64,000 bases of DNA from Cyanophora paradoxa CCMP329 (Eukaryota > Plantae > Glaucophyta): contig QPMI01000165.1 of assembly GCA_004431415.1 (NCBI GenBank), forward strand, positions 192,196 to 256,195, in the 5' to 3' direction. Below, in pieces: positions 36,546 to 49,019 of this stretch; position 1 is the first letter of the stretch, and each line of letters opens with the position of its first letter. The notes beneath the pieces are model-generated. The model was not told where the DNA came from and ran no database searches. It saw only the letters and a list, made by a program, of their open reading frames with translations. The position numbers and the translations under genes are program-made.

Positions 36546-37167
36546 GAAGTCCGGCGGTACCGATGGCGTCGGTGGCGCCGGCGCTGCAACTGGGGCTGGC
36601 GGCGGCACGACTCGTTCCATTCCGCCGCGACGGGCCCGTCCCACGTCTGCATCAGCATGTTGGAGAGGCGCGGCTCGATCCCGTGGCCGCGGAAGTCGTC
36701 CAGGACGCACACGGCGACGACGAGCGGTGCGTCGGGCACGGCGGTGTCGAGGATGTGCACCACGGGGGGCAGGGGGTGGGCTGCCTGCGGCTGGGGCTGC
36801 TGCTGATGCTCCTCCTGGACGACCAGGGCCGCCCAGGGGCGCGGGTCGCCGCCCCCGGCGCCCGGGGCGACCCCGACGTCGAGGGTGCCGCACTGGGTGG
36901 AGGGGTCGACCTCGGCGAGGAACGGGGCCAGCGCGAACGTCCCCGCCAGGCGGTCCGACGAGACCGCCCCCGTCGCCGGCCAGGCCCGCCCCTCGGCCTC
37001 CGTCGAGGCCACCGATGCCACGAGCTCCGAGAGCCCCGCCGCGCGCACGCGCTCGCCGACGACGGCGTTCAGCTCGTCGACGAAGCCATCGTCGAGGAGC
37101 GCCGGGCGGGCGAGGTGCGGGCCGAGGAGCGGGAGGGGGCAGGTGGCGGCCGCGACGGCGCCGCCGA

Positions 37168-37744
37168 TCAGCCAGGGGCCGCGTAGGCGACGCGGATCTC
37201 GGAGGCGCGCACGGGCGCGCAGGCCCCGTCGCGCCGCCTCGCGCCGGCGCCGTCGAAGAACCGGGCGAGGGCGCGGAGGATGCGGAAGGGCCCGCGGAAG
37301 CGCGCGACGAGGCGCTCGGCCATCCCGCCGTCCGGGTGCGAGGGCCCGAACGCCTCGTCGAGCCACGCGGCGAGCAGCACCAGCGCGTGGCGCCCGACCA
37401 GGGCGGCGAGCTGCCGGCACGAGGCCGCGGCGCGCGCGAGGTTCGCCAGGCCCTGCAGGCGGTCCGCTTCGTCCTGGCCGGCGTGCGAGAGGATCTGCGG
37501 GGGCCGGCGCAGTCGGCGGTCGGCCGGCGAACGGCGCGCGAGTGCGTGTGCCGACCTTCACGATCAGCGAGTCCGGCAGGAGGTTCAGTCGTGCGGGGCG
37601 GGCCAGGGGCGCCGACTTCTTCGGGCGCTTGCTGCAACGGCGGCACGGCGGCCCGGCCGGCGCCGGCGCCTGCTCGGTGGCGGCGATGCGCGCCAGGTGG
37701 CCCAGGCACTCGCGCTGCAGTTCCCGGGAGACGGAGGGCCCCAT
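37168..37744 (-). CDS. F-box protein with intron 37495-37555
   Basis: LNLLPDSLIVK|GT..CAG|ILSHAG..LARAAASCRQL restores a complete F-box. Confidence 0.65.
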
Positions 37745-38049
37745 TGCGCGGTCGGTCCGCCTGGCCCGCGCTGTTCTGTGTACCCCGGTTCGAAGAGTGG
37801 ATTATAACGTGAGTATACTCACGGTTTTTGTGGGCTGAGCAGCAGCAGGGGGGGGGGGGGGGGGGGGAGGACGCACCTCAGCTGTCGTCGTCGGGCCTTT
37901 TAATGCCGCTCCCCCCCACCCCCCACCTGCGAGCAGTGGAAAGCCAGTTAGCAGATCGCGCACCTGGCAGTCGACGATGATGTTGATGATATCAACCTGC
38001 GCAAGGGGTGGTAGGGGCCGGCGCACGGCTGGGTGGCGCACCTGCTGCT

Positions 38050-38170
38050 GCTGCTGGCCAGCCCCTGCAGCGGCGGCCCCTCCAGCGGCGGCAGGGGCGG
38101 CGGCGGGGCCAGCCCCTGCAGCGGCGGCAGGGGCGGGGGCGGCCCCTCCAGCGGCGGCAGGGGCGGCAGG
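38050..38170. repeat. Ala/Gly/Pro coding minisatellite shared (inverted) with 3371-3445
   Basis: GCCCCTGCCGCCGCTGGAGGGGCCGCC / GCTGCAGGGGCTGGCC units at both loci. Confidence 0.8.
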
Positions 38171-38637
38171 GATGATGGCCACCCCCAGAACGCCGGCGCC
38201 CACATCAGCGGCGGCGGCCGGAACAGCGGGGCCGGCAGCCGCAGCGTTGAAGACTTTGAATCCTTTTGGGAGACGACAGGGATTCCAGAGAGCGACCCTG
38301 GCCGCCGAGACGGGGGCGGGGGCGGGGGCCCCAACCCCCCACTGGCGGACGACGGCGTTCTAACTCATGCAGGGGCGGGCGATGATGGGGCACGTGTTGA
38401 GTTTTTCCCCGCACAAGTGGCGGGCTTCATCCATTGAGCACTCCCACCAAGCGTTGCCACCGGCGGCGGCCGCAAGGTCGGTGGTTTCCGGGCCGAAGAC
38501 GAGCCGCGCGCCGGCGGCAATCCGGTCCTCGTCGGACCCGGCGCACCCCCGCCCAGCGGCCTTTGCGACCGTGATCAACTGCAGCGGAGGCGTGAGGCGG
38601 GAGGCGCGCGAGGGCGGGGGGGGGGGGGGGGGGGGGG

Positions 38638-38900
38638 TGCGTCTCGACAGGGTGCCCTCCGGGCCAGCGCCGGAACCTCTGCGGGGAGTGCGCCCCGCTG
38701 ACCTCCGACGCCGGCCGCTGCCTCAACGGGTGCTACCACACCACCCCCCTCCAGACCGCGTGCGGCGAGTGCGCCCCCGCTAGCTGGGGCGACCTCTCGA
38801 TCTGCCTCAACGGGTGCCCCGCGGGCCAGCGCCGCAACCTGTGCGGCGCGGGGGAGTGCTCGCCCAACCAGGACCTCTCGATCTGCAACAACCTCTGCCC
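38638..38900 (+). pseudogene. Cys-rich repeat protein fragment, not in the ORF track in this frame
   Basis: CVSTGCPPGQRRNLCGEC...GCPAGQRRNLCG..DLSICNNLC; bounded by poly-G and poly-C. Confidence 0.7.
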
Positions 38901-39789
38901 CCCCCCCCCCCCCCCATTCTACATTGGAAGGAATGCACTCGGAATTCACACACACACACACATACTACTCGTCGTCCGCCGCCGCCGCCCCCGAGGGCGC
39001 GCCCAGCAGCTTCTCGGGCGCGCACGCCCTCCCGAGCCTGACGTACAGGTCGGCGAGCCGGGTGGCAGTGTCCTTGGTCAACCGCTCCTTGTGGTGGTCG
39101 ATGAAGCTCTGGCGCGCCTCCTCGACCGTCATCATCCTCGGAGTCGACGCCACAAGAGCTTCGTACGTCCGCATCGCGTCCTTGAACGAGCGCCGCCGCT
39201 CGTCGCCGCCGTCCGGGCCGTCCTCGCACTCGAGCAGAAGGCGCTTCCGTTTCAGGAGCCGCGCGTGCATTTCGGGGGTCCCTGCCGGGGGCAGCGGTTC
39301 GGCGAGTTCATTATCGAACTCCGTCTCCAGTTCCCGCAGCCCCCCCAGCACAATCCTGGCCGCCGCCGCGCGCGATGAGCAGGGGGGGGGGGGGGGGGGG
39401 TGTGAGGACGCGGCGTGTGCACACACCTGGCTTCCGCCAACAAACAGTCGGCCGTTGCCCGGACCGATGGCGGCACCGTTGGGCCGGGCGCCGAGCCGGA
39501 GGCGGGGGCCGGGGCCAGGGCCGGGGCCGGGGCCTCGGCCGGGGGGAGGGCTGCAGGGCCGGCGGGCCGGGGGAGGGCTGCAGGGGCCGGGCCCAGGACC
39601 GCACCCGGCCCGGCCGGGGCCGGAGCCGGAGGGGCGGGGCCGCAGCCGGGGCCGGGGCCGCAGCCGGCACGGCCGGGGCGCTCTCAGCCGGAGGGGCCGG
39701 GGCCTCGGCCGGGGGGGGGTCCGCATCCGGCGCGATAGATATCTTCGACTTGCGATATCCCAAGAACGCGTGCGGCGAATGTAAGCCCG

Positions 39790-39905
39790 AGGCCGAGGCG
39801 AGCGAGCCGTGCAAGCTGGTGTTCCCGTTCACCGGCCGGGACCAGCTCTGGACCGTGCCGGCGGGGGTCACCAGCGTGGCGGTCAAGATGTGGGGCGGCG
39901 GCGGG
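39790..39905 (+). pseudogene. Glycine-rich fibre-type domain start
   Basis: FPFTGRDQLWTVPAGVTSVAVKMWGGGG. Confidence 0.6.
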
Positions 39906-41029
39906 GTGAGTGGGGCCCGCCCGAACGACCCACACGACAAGCAGGTTCTCGACACCATCGCCTTATACGACAACAGAGGCTACAGGGAACGACCGGGGCG
40001 GGCCCAGCGCCGGCGTGAACGAGTGTTTCCGTTGAACGACGCGTCAGCGACCATATTGGACTTCATTCGCTGGTTCCTCAACGCTCGCCCCCGCTGGGCG
40101 TGGACTCTGCCGGCGATGTACAGGGGCATGTCCCTGATCGGCGTCGTCCGCCGCAGGCTCTACGAGCAGTTCGACGAGCCGGACTCGGACTAGGGCGGCA
40201 GACTGCGGCCGCCGGCGCGGCGCGCGCCCGCCCCGTCTTTCTTTGTTTCTCCTTTTGTTGAATACATACGCATTTCTGCGCGCACTGCACATGGAGAGCG
40301 GCTCGGATCTGGCGGAAGGCGCACCGCAGCGGGCCCCGCGCGGCGCGGGCACGGGCAGGGGCGGCGGCGGCGGCCGGGGAAGGGCCCCGCAACAGCCGCA
40401 GCGCGGCGCGGCGGGCCCGGCTTCCTTTGCCGACACCTTCCTTAGCCGAGACTACTACTACACGTACACCACCACGGCCGCCTCGAGGTCGCGCGCCTCC
40501 CGCACGGGCACGCCGGGGGGCCAGACGGGGGGGTCGCCGGGGGGGGCGGGGGCCAGGGCGAGGACGACGGGGCCGGTACGGGCGTCTGATCGTTCGCGCC
40601 TATTTTATGTTCACCCCGTATTATTGATTGATACGCTGCTGCTGCTGGGGCCCGGGCGCCGGGACCGGCTCCCACGGCTCTTCCTCTTCGAATTCTTCAT
40701 CGTCGCTCGGTTCGAGTTCGACTAGCCTCATCGGGCTGCCGCTGGGGCCTGCTCCCGTCCAGCCCTCGTCGTCTTCGGCCAATGCCCCGGACGGCCCGGC
40801 GGCAGGGGGGGTACCGGTGGGCTCCGGGAGCGGGGCCATACCGTCTTCTTCTTCTTCTTCTTCTTCTTCCGGCCCCCACCAGGTCCACGAGCCGCCGCCC
40901 GCGACCGCCGGCACCTCGGTGGGCCCGGCCTCGCCTTCGAATTCGTCGTATGAATACGGCGGGGGCGGTTCGCTTGAGACGCCCGCTGGCGGCCACACCC
41001 TCAGCGGCGGCGTCTGCGGCGCCGGCCCC

Positions 41030-41190
41030 GGGCCGGCCAGCGCGTACGGCGGCGGCGGTGCCGACACCGAGGGGCCGGCCAGCGCCGCGTACGGCGGCCG
41101 TGTCGCCGAGGGGCCGGCCAGCGCCGCGTACGGCGGCCGTGGCGCCGAGGGGCCGGCCAGCGCCGGGTACGGCGGCCGTGGCGCCGAGGA
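41030..41190 (-). repeat. 33-bp coding tandem repeat (RPPYAALAGPSA)
   Basis: About four units of GAGGGGCCGGCCAGCGCC..GTACGGCGGC. Confidence 0.8.
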
Positions 41191-41461
41191 GGAGGAGGAG
41201 GAGGAGGAGGGGGGGTCGGCCAGCGCGTACACCGCTGCGGCCGCCGGCGGCGGCGGAGGAAGATCGCACAGCCGGAGCGGCTCGCCCAACCCCCCCAACG
41301 GCGGCGGCACCATGGCCCCGCGCTCGCGGAAGAGGAAGTGGAACGGGAAGTAGATCGGCAGGCCCTCCGCCTCCGAGAACTCCCCGGCCGGCCGGGCCTC
41401 GGCGCCGCCGGGGCGGTAGTAGAGGTGCAGGATGGCGGACTCCGGCGCCGGCACCTCTGTG

Positions 41462-42283
41462 CCCTCTACCTGCCCGGCGAGCTCCTTGACCGCCTCCACA
41501 AGGAGCCCCACCAGGTTGCCGTAGGCGAGGGAGAGGTAGCCGTCCGGGTGCTCCAGCACGGCCTCGGGCATCACGCGCCGCACCTCCTGCGCGATCAGGC
41601 CCGTGCGGCGCCTGCCCCCCTCCTCATCCTCTTCTTCGGCGCGCCGGAACGTCACGCCCCGGAGCGCCCCCACCTTCTCCAGGGCCCCCTCGATGACGCG
41701 CACGTCCCGCTTCAGGCGCTCGTCGGAGAAGGCCGTGATGTCGTTCTGCGCCGTGATGTTGCCGAAGGCCGTTGCCTCGGTCTCGCCCGTGGCGCCCCCC
41801 ACAAAGAGGTTGCGGCTGATGTAGGCCCCACCGCGGCAGACCAGGGCGCCGGCCGGCGTTGTGGCCCCCTGCGTCGTGTTCGTGATCGTCACCACGCCCC
41901 CGATCGTTGCGGCCCCGTTTGTCAGGGTCATCGTGCCGTTCGTCGAGCTGTAGTTGCCGGTCACCGTCACGGAACTCCCCAGCGTTGCAGCCCCCGTCAC
42001 GCCCAAGGTACCCCCCACCGAGGTGTTGTTGGACAGTGTCGCGACCCCCGTCACCCCAAGCGTGCCCCCGACGGAGGCATTGGCCAGCGTCGTGGCCCCC
42101 GTCACCCCGAGCGTCCCCCCCACCGAGGCATTGGCCAGCGTCGTGGCACCGGTCACACCAAGGGTGCCACCCACAGAGGTGCCAGCAAGTGTGGAGGTCC
42201 CAATAACCTGCAGGGTCCCCCCCACAGAGGTGTTGCTTAGAACGGAGGCCCCCGCATTGAGAGTTTTCAGGGTTGTGGTCCCG
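41462..42283 (-). pseudogene. Fibre protein C-terminal piece with Peptidase_S74 chaperone domain
   Basis: GGTLGVTG repeats, then SDERLKRDV...GLIAQEV..VMPEAV...YGNLVGLLVEAVKEL. Confidence 0.9.
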
Positions 42284-42399
42284 GCATCCTCTCCCTCCGG
42301 GGCCGCCCCTGCCCGCAGCGGCCCTCCCCGCCCCTCCTCCTGCTGGGGCCGTCAGGCCAGGTCTGCGGCCCCGGCCAGCGGCGGCCCCGGCCTTGCCGC

Positions 42400-42552
42400 C
42401 CGCCAAAGAAGAGGGCGACTCCAACAAAGGAGAGGTGCTCACCTCTGTGCACCCCGGCGCGTGCGTGTACACGTACGAGAGGATGGGCTACCTGTACGTG
42501 GCCCCCTCCAGGCTCCCAGGCAACACCGGCAACGGCCTCTTCACACGAGTGG
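42400..42552 (+). pseudogene. SET domain N-terminal piece
   Basis: LYVAPSRLPGNTGNGLFT matches LxVxxSxIPxxGxGLF. Confidence 0.7.
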
Positions 42553-42803
42553 GGCCGCGCCCGTCTGCGTGCACGTCCAGCGCCAGGAGGCGGATGGCGC
42601 CGTCGGGCGCCGGCACGAGGAGCGCGCCGCCGGCTTCCTCCTCCCGCAGCGAGCGCAGGGTCAGGCGCAGGGCGAACGCCCCGGCCGGCCGGTCCCGCAG
42701 CAGCGAGGCCAGCGGCCCAGCGCGCTCGTGCGGCGCGCGCTTGGTGCGCTCGTAGAGCTCGTAGGCAGGGCTGCCATCGCCGCCGAGCGTGCTCTTGAAG
42801 AAG

Positions 42804-42981
42804 TGCAGAAATCCGACGACTGCCCGGACGCGCGGCGACCAGTACGCGCACTGCTGGACTGCATTAACAATGACATGCGCCTACGCTACTCCGGATCCGA
42901 CGGGGACCCGTCGAGGGAGACCTCGTCCTCCTGGTCGGGGTAGTACATGAAACGGACGATAGGGCGCCCGACGGGGCCGCG
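42804..42981. repeat. 178-bp segment duplicated at 25830-26007
   Basis: Exact reverse-complement match. Confidence 0.95.
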
Positions 42982-44167
42982 GGCGATGCCGCTGAGTGCC
43001 ATGAGGTCGCGGGCGGGCATTGCCTGCCAGTGGACGAACTCCTCGGCGAGGCGGGCGATGCGGCGGTCGAAGGAGCACTTGCGGACCCTGCCGTGGACGC
43101 GCCAGACATCTGGGTTGAACCTCAGCCAGACGAGTGGGACGCGCGAGGCCGCCGCAAGGACCGCCTCGCGCATGCGCTCATCGGCGAAGTCGTAGTCCCT
43201 GTGCGCGTGCTGGTCGACCTCCACGACGATGATGCGGTCGGGGAAGAGGAAGAGGTTGTCCGGACGGCGGACTTCGGGGTCGAAGAGCCGGACCTCGCTC
43301 GGGAGGGCGCTGAATGACCTGTTGCGGTAGGTGGGCCGGCGCCCACCGAGCGCGGCCGTGAGGGCCACGATGACGCGGTCATCGGCGGTGTCGCAGCCCT
43401 GCTCCACACGTGCCTGGTGCCTGGGGCAGAAGCGTGGACAGGGCCCCTCTCCCTGGGCGGGAACGGTGCAGCCGCTGTCGTGGGTGCAGCGGAACTTCAG
43501 GCGGCGGCACCCAGCAGCTGATCTGCTGAGGAGCCGATGGTTCAAGCAGTAGAACATGCTCCGAGGGGGGCCGTCGGGGTCGGGGCTGCGGCCGCAGCGC
43601 TCGTCGAAGGTGCAGTCCGCCGCACCGTGCTCTCTGCAGAAGCGACTGTCTGGGAGCGAGGGGGGCCATCGAGGGACAGCCGCCGTCGAACTTGCAGACG
43701 CTGGGCTTGGAGAGGAGGTGGTTCGCGCAGAGGGGGGCACCCGCTGCGGCGTCTTTGTCGCAACCGCTCGGCCAGCAGCAGCGCCGCTTGCCGTCGCCAC
43801 AGGCGTGGCAGAGGCCGCCGCCGCCGCCGGTAGCCGACAGGCCCCCGCAGCAGGAGCAGCGCGGGCCACCGCCGTGGCGTGTGCAATTGGAGACGCCCCC
43901 CGCCGCCGGCCAGGGGCATCCTTCCGTGCTGCAGGCGACAGGCTGCTGCTGCTCCTCCTGCTGTATACCCCAGGTCCGGTGGTGCCAACAGAAGCGGTGG
44001 ACTTCCCCGGCGCTGGTCAGGTGCGCCCGCAAGATGCACCCGTCGAGCTGACACAGAGGGTGCGTGTTCTCCTTGCGACGATGACTCCAGCACAGGCGAC
44101 CACGTGTTGGCCGCGGTGAAGTGCATCCATCGACCCGGCAGCGCAGACCTGTGCTCGTATGCGGCAT
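42886..44167 (-). pseudogene. Multi-zinc-finger plus PD-(D/E)xK/Vsr-like endonuclease, one frameshift near 43660
   Basis: Repeated CxxxGC..CxxH fingers; RRPD...IVVEVDQHAH..Y...LRFNPD; frame change in a C-run. Confidence 0.8.
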
Positions 44168-44297
44168 CGGACCACTCGCCCCCCTGCACACCAACTGCAC
44201 GGATAATACGCCCGCCCGCACGGCCGCGGTCGTCCAGTGTACTGGGATAACCATGTACCCCGCCCACAGCGACGTCCACAGCACTGGGCGCCCGTCC

Positions 44298-44382
44298 CCA
44301 TCTGCATGCCCACCACGCCGGACGTCAGGCGGGGTGCGGGCGTGGCCCCGCCTGACGTCCGGCGTGGTGGGCATGCAGATGG
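44298..44382. repeat. Perfect 37-bp inverted repeat with an 11-nt loop
   Basis: CCATCTGCATGCCCACCACGCCGGACGTCAGGCGGGG at 44298-44334 and its exact reverse complement at 44346-44382. Confidence 0.95.
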
Positions 44383-46554
44383 TCCGGCGACGTCCGGCAT
44401 AGGTCCTGCTGCTGCTGCCCCTTTAGCCCCCCCTCCTCCTCCTCCGCCGCCACCAGGTGGTGGCCCGCCGGGCGGCGGCCCAGGTGGTGACCCGCCGGGC
44501 GGGCCCGCCTTCCGCCCAGGTGCTCCTCCCCCACCCCCATCCCCACCCGATGCGGGCGGTGCGGAGGGCGTGGCTGCGGTGCTCGAACAAGTAGGAGCCG
44601 GCGGACCTCGCCGGCGTGCTCCGGCTCCAGCTCGATCCGGTTGATGACGCCGGCCACGACGAGCGAGACGGCCGCCGCCACGCCGGGGCGCTCAGTGAAG
44701 ACGACGGGATCTCGCGTTGCCATGCCGCGATGGGCAGCTGTTGGAAAGACAAAAAAAAACACCCGAACCGGGGTACCGCGCCGTCTTGCCTCGGACCGTC
44801 CGACACATGCAGCCGCATCAGCGCCGCCGCCTCCGCCTCCGGCGCCAGCTCGAGCTGGAGCTCGCCGGCGCCGCCGCGCGCTACAGGGAGATGGAGAGCG
44901 CGTGGCTCGGCGAGCTGCAGCGCCTCGTGACGGGCTCGGCGGACTTCCCCTCCTCCTTCGTCCTGGTGCGGAACAGGAGCACCGGGGCCATCAAGATCGG
45001 CACGGGGGCGCAGATCTACTGCCTGGAGATCCTGGCGTGGATCAGGAGGCACTGGGCCGAGCTGGGCGCGCGCTTCCGGGCCGTCGCCGGCGAGGACCTG
45101 CCGGCGGCGCCGGACGACAACATGGTCTGCAACATCCTCGTCGACATCACGGAGAACGCGCAGTTGGCGCTGGGGTACGAGGGGGGCGGCAGCTAGAAAA
45201 TTATCTTAGGGGCATGGTGTATGTACTATACATCAGCCCATGAACAAGGCGGCTGCGGCTGTGGCGGTGGCCCTCGTCGTGGCCGTGGCCATCGCGATCG
45301 GCGAGGCAGCGTCGGGGAAGGCTCGCCCCATTGGGACATCGTCATGCAACTCCGGAACAGGCCGTTTCTATTCACACGATTCACCAGCACAGGCAGGCCG
45401 GAACCGGACCTGATTCTTAAAGAAATCACCTTCGCCCTTCAGCGCACTCTAAAGAGCGAAGGTGGGTTCGCCGCGATCAGAAACCAGAGTGTGCTGGAGT
45501 ACCTGCACGGAAGGTTCATGCGCGGCGAGCTCGTGCGCTCCAGCAACATGCGTGGCGGCGGGGGGCACCGGCGCTGGTGAAATCGGCTGCGGCTCCTCTA
45601 TCACGTACACGCGGGCGGCCCGCGCGCTGCCGCGGCAGAACGCCGGGGCCGGCGGGCGCCAGCTGCAGCTGGGGTCCAGCGCCGGCTTCCGGATGAACCG
45701 CTCGAGGTCCGACCGCGTGAGGCCCTCCACGAGCTGCCCGTACAGCTCGAGCAGCTTCGGGGCCATGCGCGCGCTGTCGAAGGGGCCCGCGCCGACGAAC
45801 GCATCCGCCTCCGCGCCGTTGCCCAGCAGCACGCCCGCGGCGAAGGACTCGGCCGAGCGGCCGCGCGCCCACATGACCGCCGCCGCGAGCACGCCGCGCA
45901 CTGCCTGCTCCGTCATCGGCTGCTGGGGCACCGGCGCCGGCGCCGGAGCGCGGCCGGCCGGCATCATGCGCGCGCGGGTTGGGTGTTCCATCGACCCCGC
46001 ACGCACTGCGCAGGTCCGTCCGGGAGTGGAGGGGGGGGGGGGGGGGGGGACGGTCGGGGGTACGCAATCTCACGCGCCGGCCTCCCTCCACTCGGCGGTG
46101 GCCCCCGGCTACCGCTACCGGCCCCGCTGCAACCTCACGGCCCTCTACGAGTTCCAGCCGAGCGACCCGGCCTGCACGGGCGGCGACCCGGCCCTCATCG
46201 ACGAGATCGCGCGCACGCACGGCAAAGCCTCGTTCTTCTCCGATGCCGTGGAGGAGATGCGCAACTCCGGCGCCGCCCCGCGGCCGTCCGCGGCGGCGGC
46301 GGCCGCTGCCGCCGCGGGCGGCGCCGATGCCGCCCCCATCCCCGCCGGCGGCGGCATCTGCATGCTCCCCAACACGCCTGCCGTCGCCCAGGCGGCCATA
46401 CGCGTCTTCAAGCTCCGGGAGGAGACGGAGGCCGCCCGCGCCAGGCACGCGGAGGCCGACGCGCAGGCGGCCGAGGCCGTCCGGCAGCACGAGCTCGCGG
46501 AGGCGGCGGCGCACCGGGAGGCCGCCGAGGCGAATCGCCGGGGCAAAGAGGAGA

Positions 46555-46980
46555 TTGCCCGAGCTCCTCTTCGTGCGGGAGAGGGCGCTCCTCCCGGGGA
46601 CGCAGCGGGCGCTGGAGGCGCAGCGCGAGTCGCTCGAGGAGCGGGCCCGGCTGAAGGAGGCCATCATCGAGTCGGTGCGGCTGGAGCAGGCGGCCCTCCG
46701 CACCGAGGCCCGGGCCGTCGGCCTGGCGACCACGTCCGAGGAATACAAGGGGCTCATCGCGCGGGCGCGGGATCTGATGGCCCAGGCCGACCAGGTGAAG
46801 AAGGAGGGGAACGACGCGATTGGCATCGTCGCAGCGGCTGGTGGCGGCGGGGTGCGCGGCATCATCGCCCAGGCGGCGGCGGTGGCGACCTCCTCGGCTG
46901 CCGCCCGCTTCCCATGCCCCGGGCAGGACTGCCGTGGGTTCATGGGCCGCCGCCTCCGCGGCGTGCGCAAGTGCGGGGCC
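46555..46980 (+). pseudogene. NCLDV RBR E3 ligase, internal piece
   Basis: ELLFVRERALLPGTQ...FPCPGQDCRGFM...KCG. Confidence 0.75.
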
Positions 46981-47586
46981 GCCGCGGAGGTGGAGGAGAT
47001 GGAGATATTGTTCATCGTTGCGTTTGCGGGCTAGCGCTGCAGCTGGCTCTTACAGGTTGGGGGCGGGAAAAGATGAATCAGAGGAGGCGGAAGACAGGGA
47101 CGAGTTTCCAGTACGTCGGGCCGAGGTCAGGGCGGTAGCGCGATCGGACCCGGTAAGGGAAGCGGAAGCTCGCAATGCGCATCAGGCGCACAGGCAGTCC
47201 GTGCTGTTGCCGCGGACGACGATGACCACCGGGGCCTCCGCCCCGCCGCGGCCGGCGGCCGGCGCCGTGCAGAGGATGCCCATGGGCCGCGGGCGCCCGT
47301 CGTCGCGAGGGCCCGCAGCTTGAGCTCCTGCACCGCGCACCACGCCTCCCACGTCCAGGGCCGGGCCTCCGGCGGGGAGGCCGTCGGCGGCGAGCGGCAG
47401 GACCACGTGGGCGAGGTGCCAGATGCTAGACCCGGAGCCCCCGCCGGAGATGGGGAACTCGGGGCGGGTGAAGTTGATGCGGTAGACCGGGGGGCCCGGG
47501 CCTCGACGTGGACGCCCCACATCAGGTTCGCGTGGGCGGCGCCCAGCGCCCTCACGGGCGCGGGGCGGGGCACCTGCGCCGGCCTG

Positions 47587-47805
47587 TCAGCCGCTGCCGG
47601 CCAGCAGCGGAACCGGTGCGCTGCCCCTTACCTGCAGCAGCAGCAGCGAGACCTCCCTGCGCACCGCGGCGAGCACGCACCCCTCGAGGGCGGCGCGCGC
47701 GGCGCGGCACGTTCGGGCGAACCGCGCCACGTCGGCGGACGAGAGCGGCGGCGCCCCGGCCGGCGCCGCGATGGCGCGCAGGAGCTCGGCCGGCAGCAGC
47801 TCCAT
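47587..47805 (-). pseudogene. F-box protein N-terminus
   Basis: MELLPAELLRAI...VARFARTCR. Confidence 0.6.
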
Positions 47806-47881
47806 TGCAAGGTCGATACCCGTACCCCGCCCGCCTGGACCGTCCGACCGGTCGTTCTAGCTAGATGACACCGCTGGCACT

Positions 47882-47914
<33 letters not shown>

Positions 47915-48475
47915 TGCGTCGGCTCGTCCCGTCCGTCTGACGGCCGGCGGGGGCGGGGGCGGCCGGCGGCCGGCGGCGTACTGCCGTAGGCGGCGTTCGC
48001 GGCCGTTGTGACCGCGGCGATGACAGCCGCGGTCAGGGTCTCTGGCTGGTGGCGGGACCGGCCGGGTCTGGCGGGACCGGCCGGCGGGCGGGATGCTCGC
48101 TGCGAAGGAGGTGCGTGTCGGGTTGTCGGCGTCGAGGTGCACCAGCAGGGGTGGGAAGGAGAGCTCGGGTCTCCCAGGGACAACCGATTTGGAGCCGTAT
48201 ACGTCGACCTCCTCCTGCCACATCCGGTGGTGCGTTTGCCAGGACATGAGAAATGTCCGCGTGGGGCACAAGAAGTTCCGTTCCAGCCTTTTTGCGTGAG
48301 GCGGCCCTAGGGCCCGATGCTTGTCCCCGCCCCGCCTGTTTCTGGCTGATTTGTTGCAATCGAAGCAAATCGGACGCGCCCCAAAAATCTCATGCACATG
48401 CGGCCCCCCTCGCGATTTTTTTCTCTGCACTAGTGTGCAACCCATATATAGGCCCGCGCTCGCCTGTCCCTCACT

Positions 48476-48817
48476 ATGTCCGGTGGTTCGTTGACCCATC
48501 TCGCCGCCGTCGGCGCCCCCGATGCGTACCTTTTCGGTGCGCCGGCGGTCACCTTCTACAAGGGCGTGTACCAGCAGCACACCAACTTCGCCATGGAGTT
48601 CATGGAGACGACCTTCAACTCGGCCAACTACGGCCACAGCGTTACCGCCGAGATCATCCGCACCGGCGACCTCCTCTCGAGCATGTACCTCGTCCTGAAG
48701 ATCCGCCCGCTCCTCAACGGAAGCAACACGGGCAGCGTCTTCTTCGTCGACAAGCTCGGGTACGCCATCATCAACAAGATCGAGCTCTCCATCGGTGGCA
48801 CCCTCATCGACACCATC
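48476..48817 (+). pseudogene. NCLDV major capsid protein (or paralog), N-terminal piece
   Basis: MSGGSL..LAAVGAPDAYL.G.P.VTFYK.VY..HTNFAME...RTGDLL...IELSIGG.LID; TATATA about 30 bp upstream. Confidence 0.92.
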
Positions 48818-49019
48818 CTGCCGGTGTTTGCAGCACCGAACACCACCGATGCGACGTCCAGCATCGTGCCGACCTGCTCGGCAGTCGCGCGGCCCGCGTC
48901 GAGCTCGCGCCGCAGCAGGGCCGGCCACGCTGCGGCCGCCGCCTCTTCCTCCTTGGCGGCGGCGCAACCGGTGAACCATGCAAAGGGAAGGCAGCTCGCG
49001 ACGGCCTGCGCATGCGCTT

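Noticed and set aside
37848-46049. Long poly-G/poly-C runs (37848, 38616, 38898, 39382, 46031) as enzymatic tailing at junctions
   Set aside because: Most junctions lack them, similar runs occur inside an intron (16620) and in promoter motifs, and homopolymer length is error-prone
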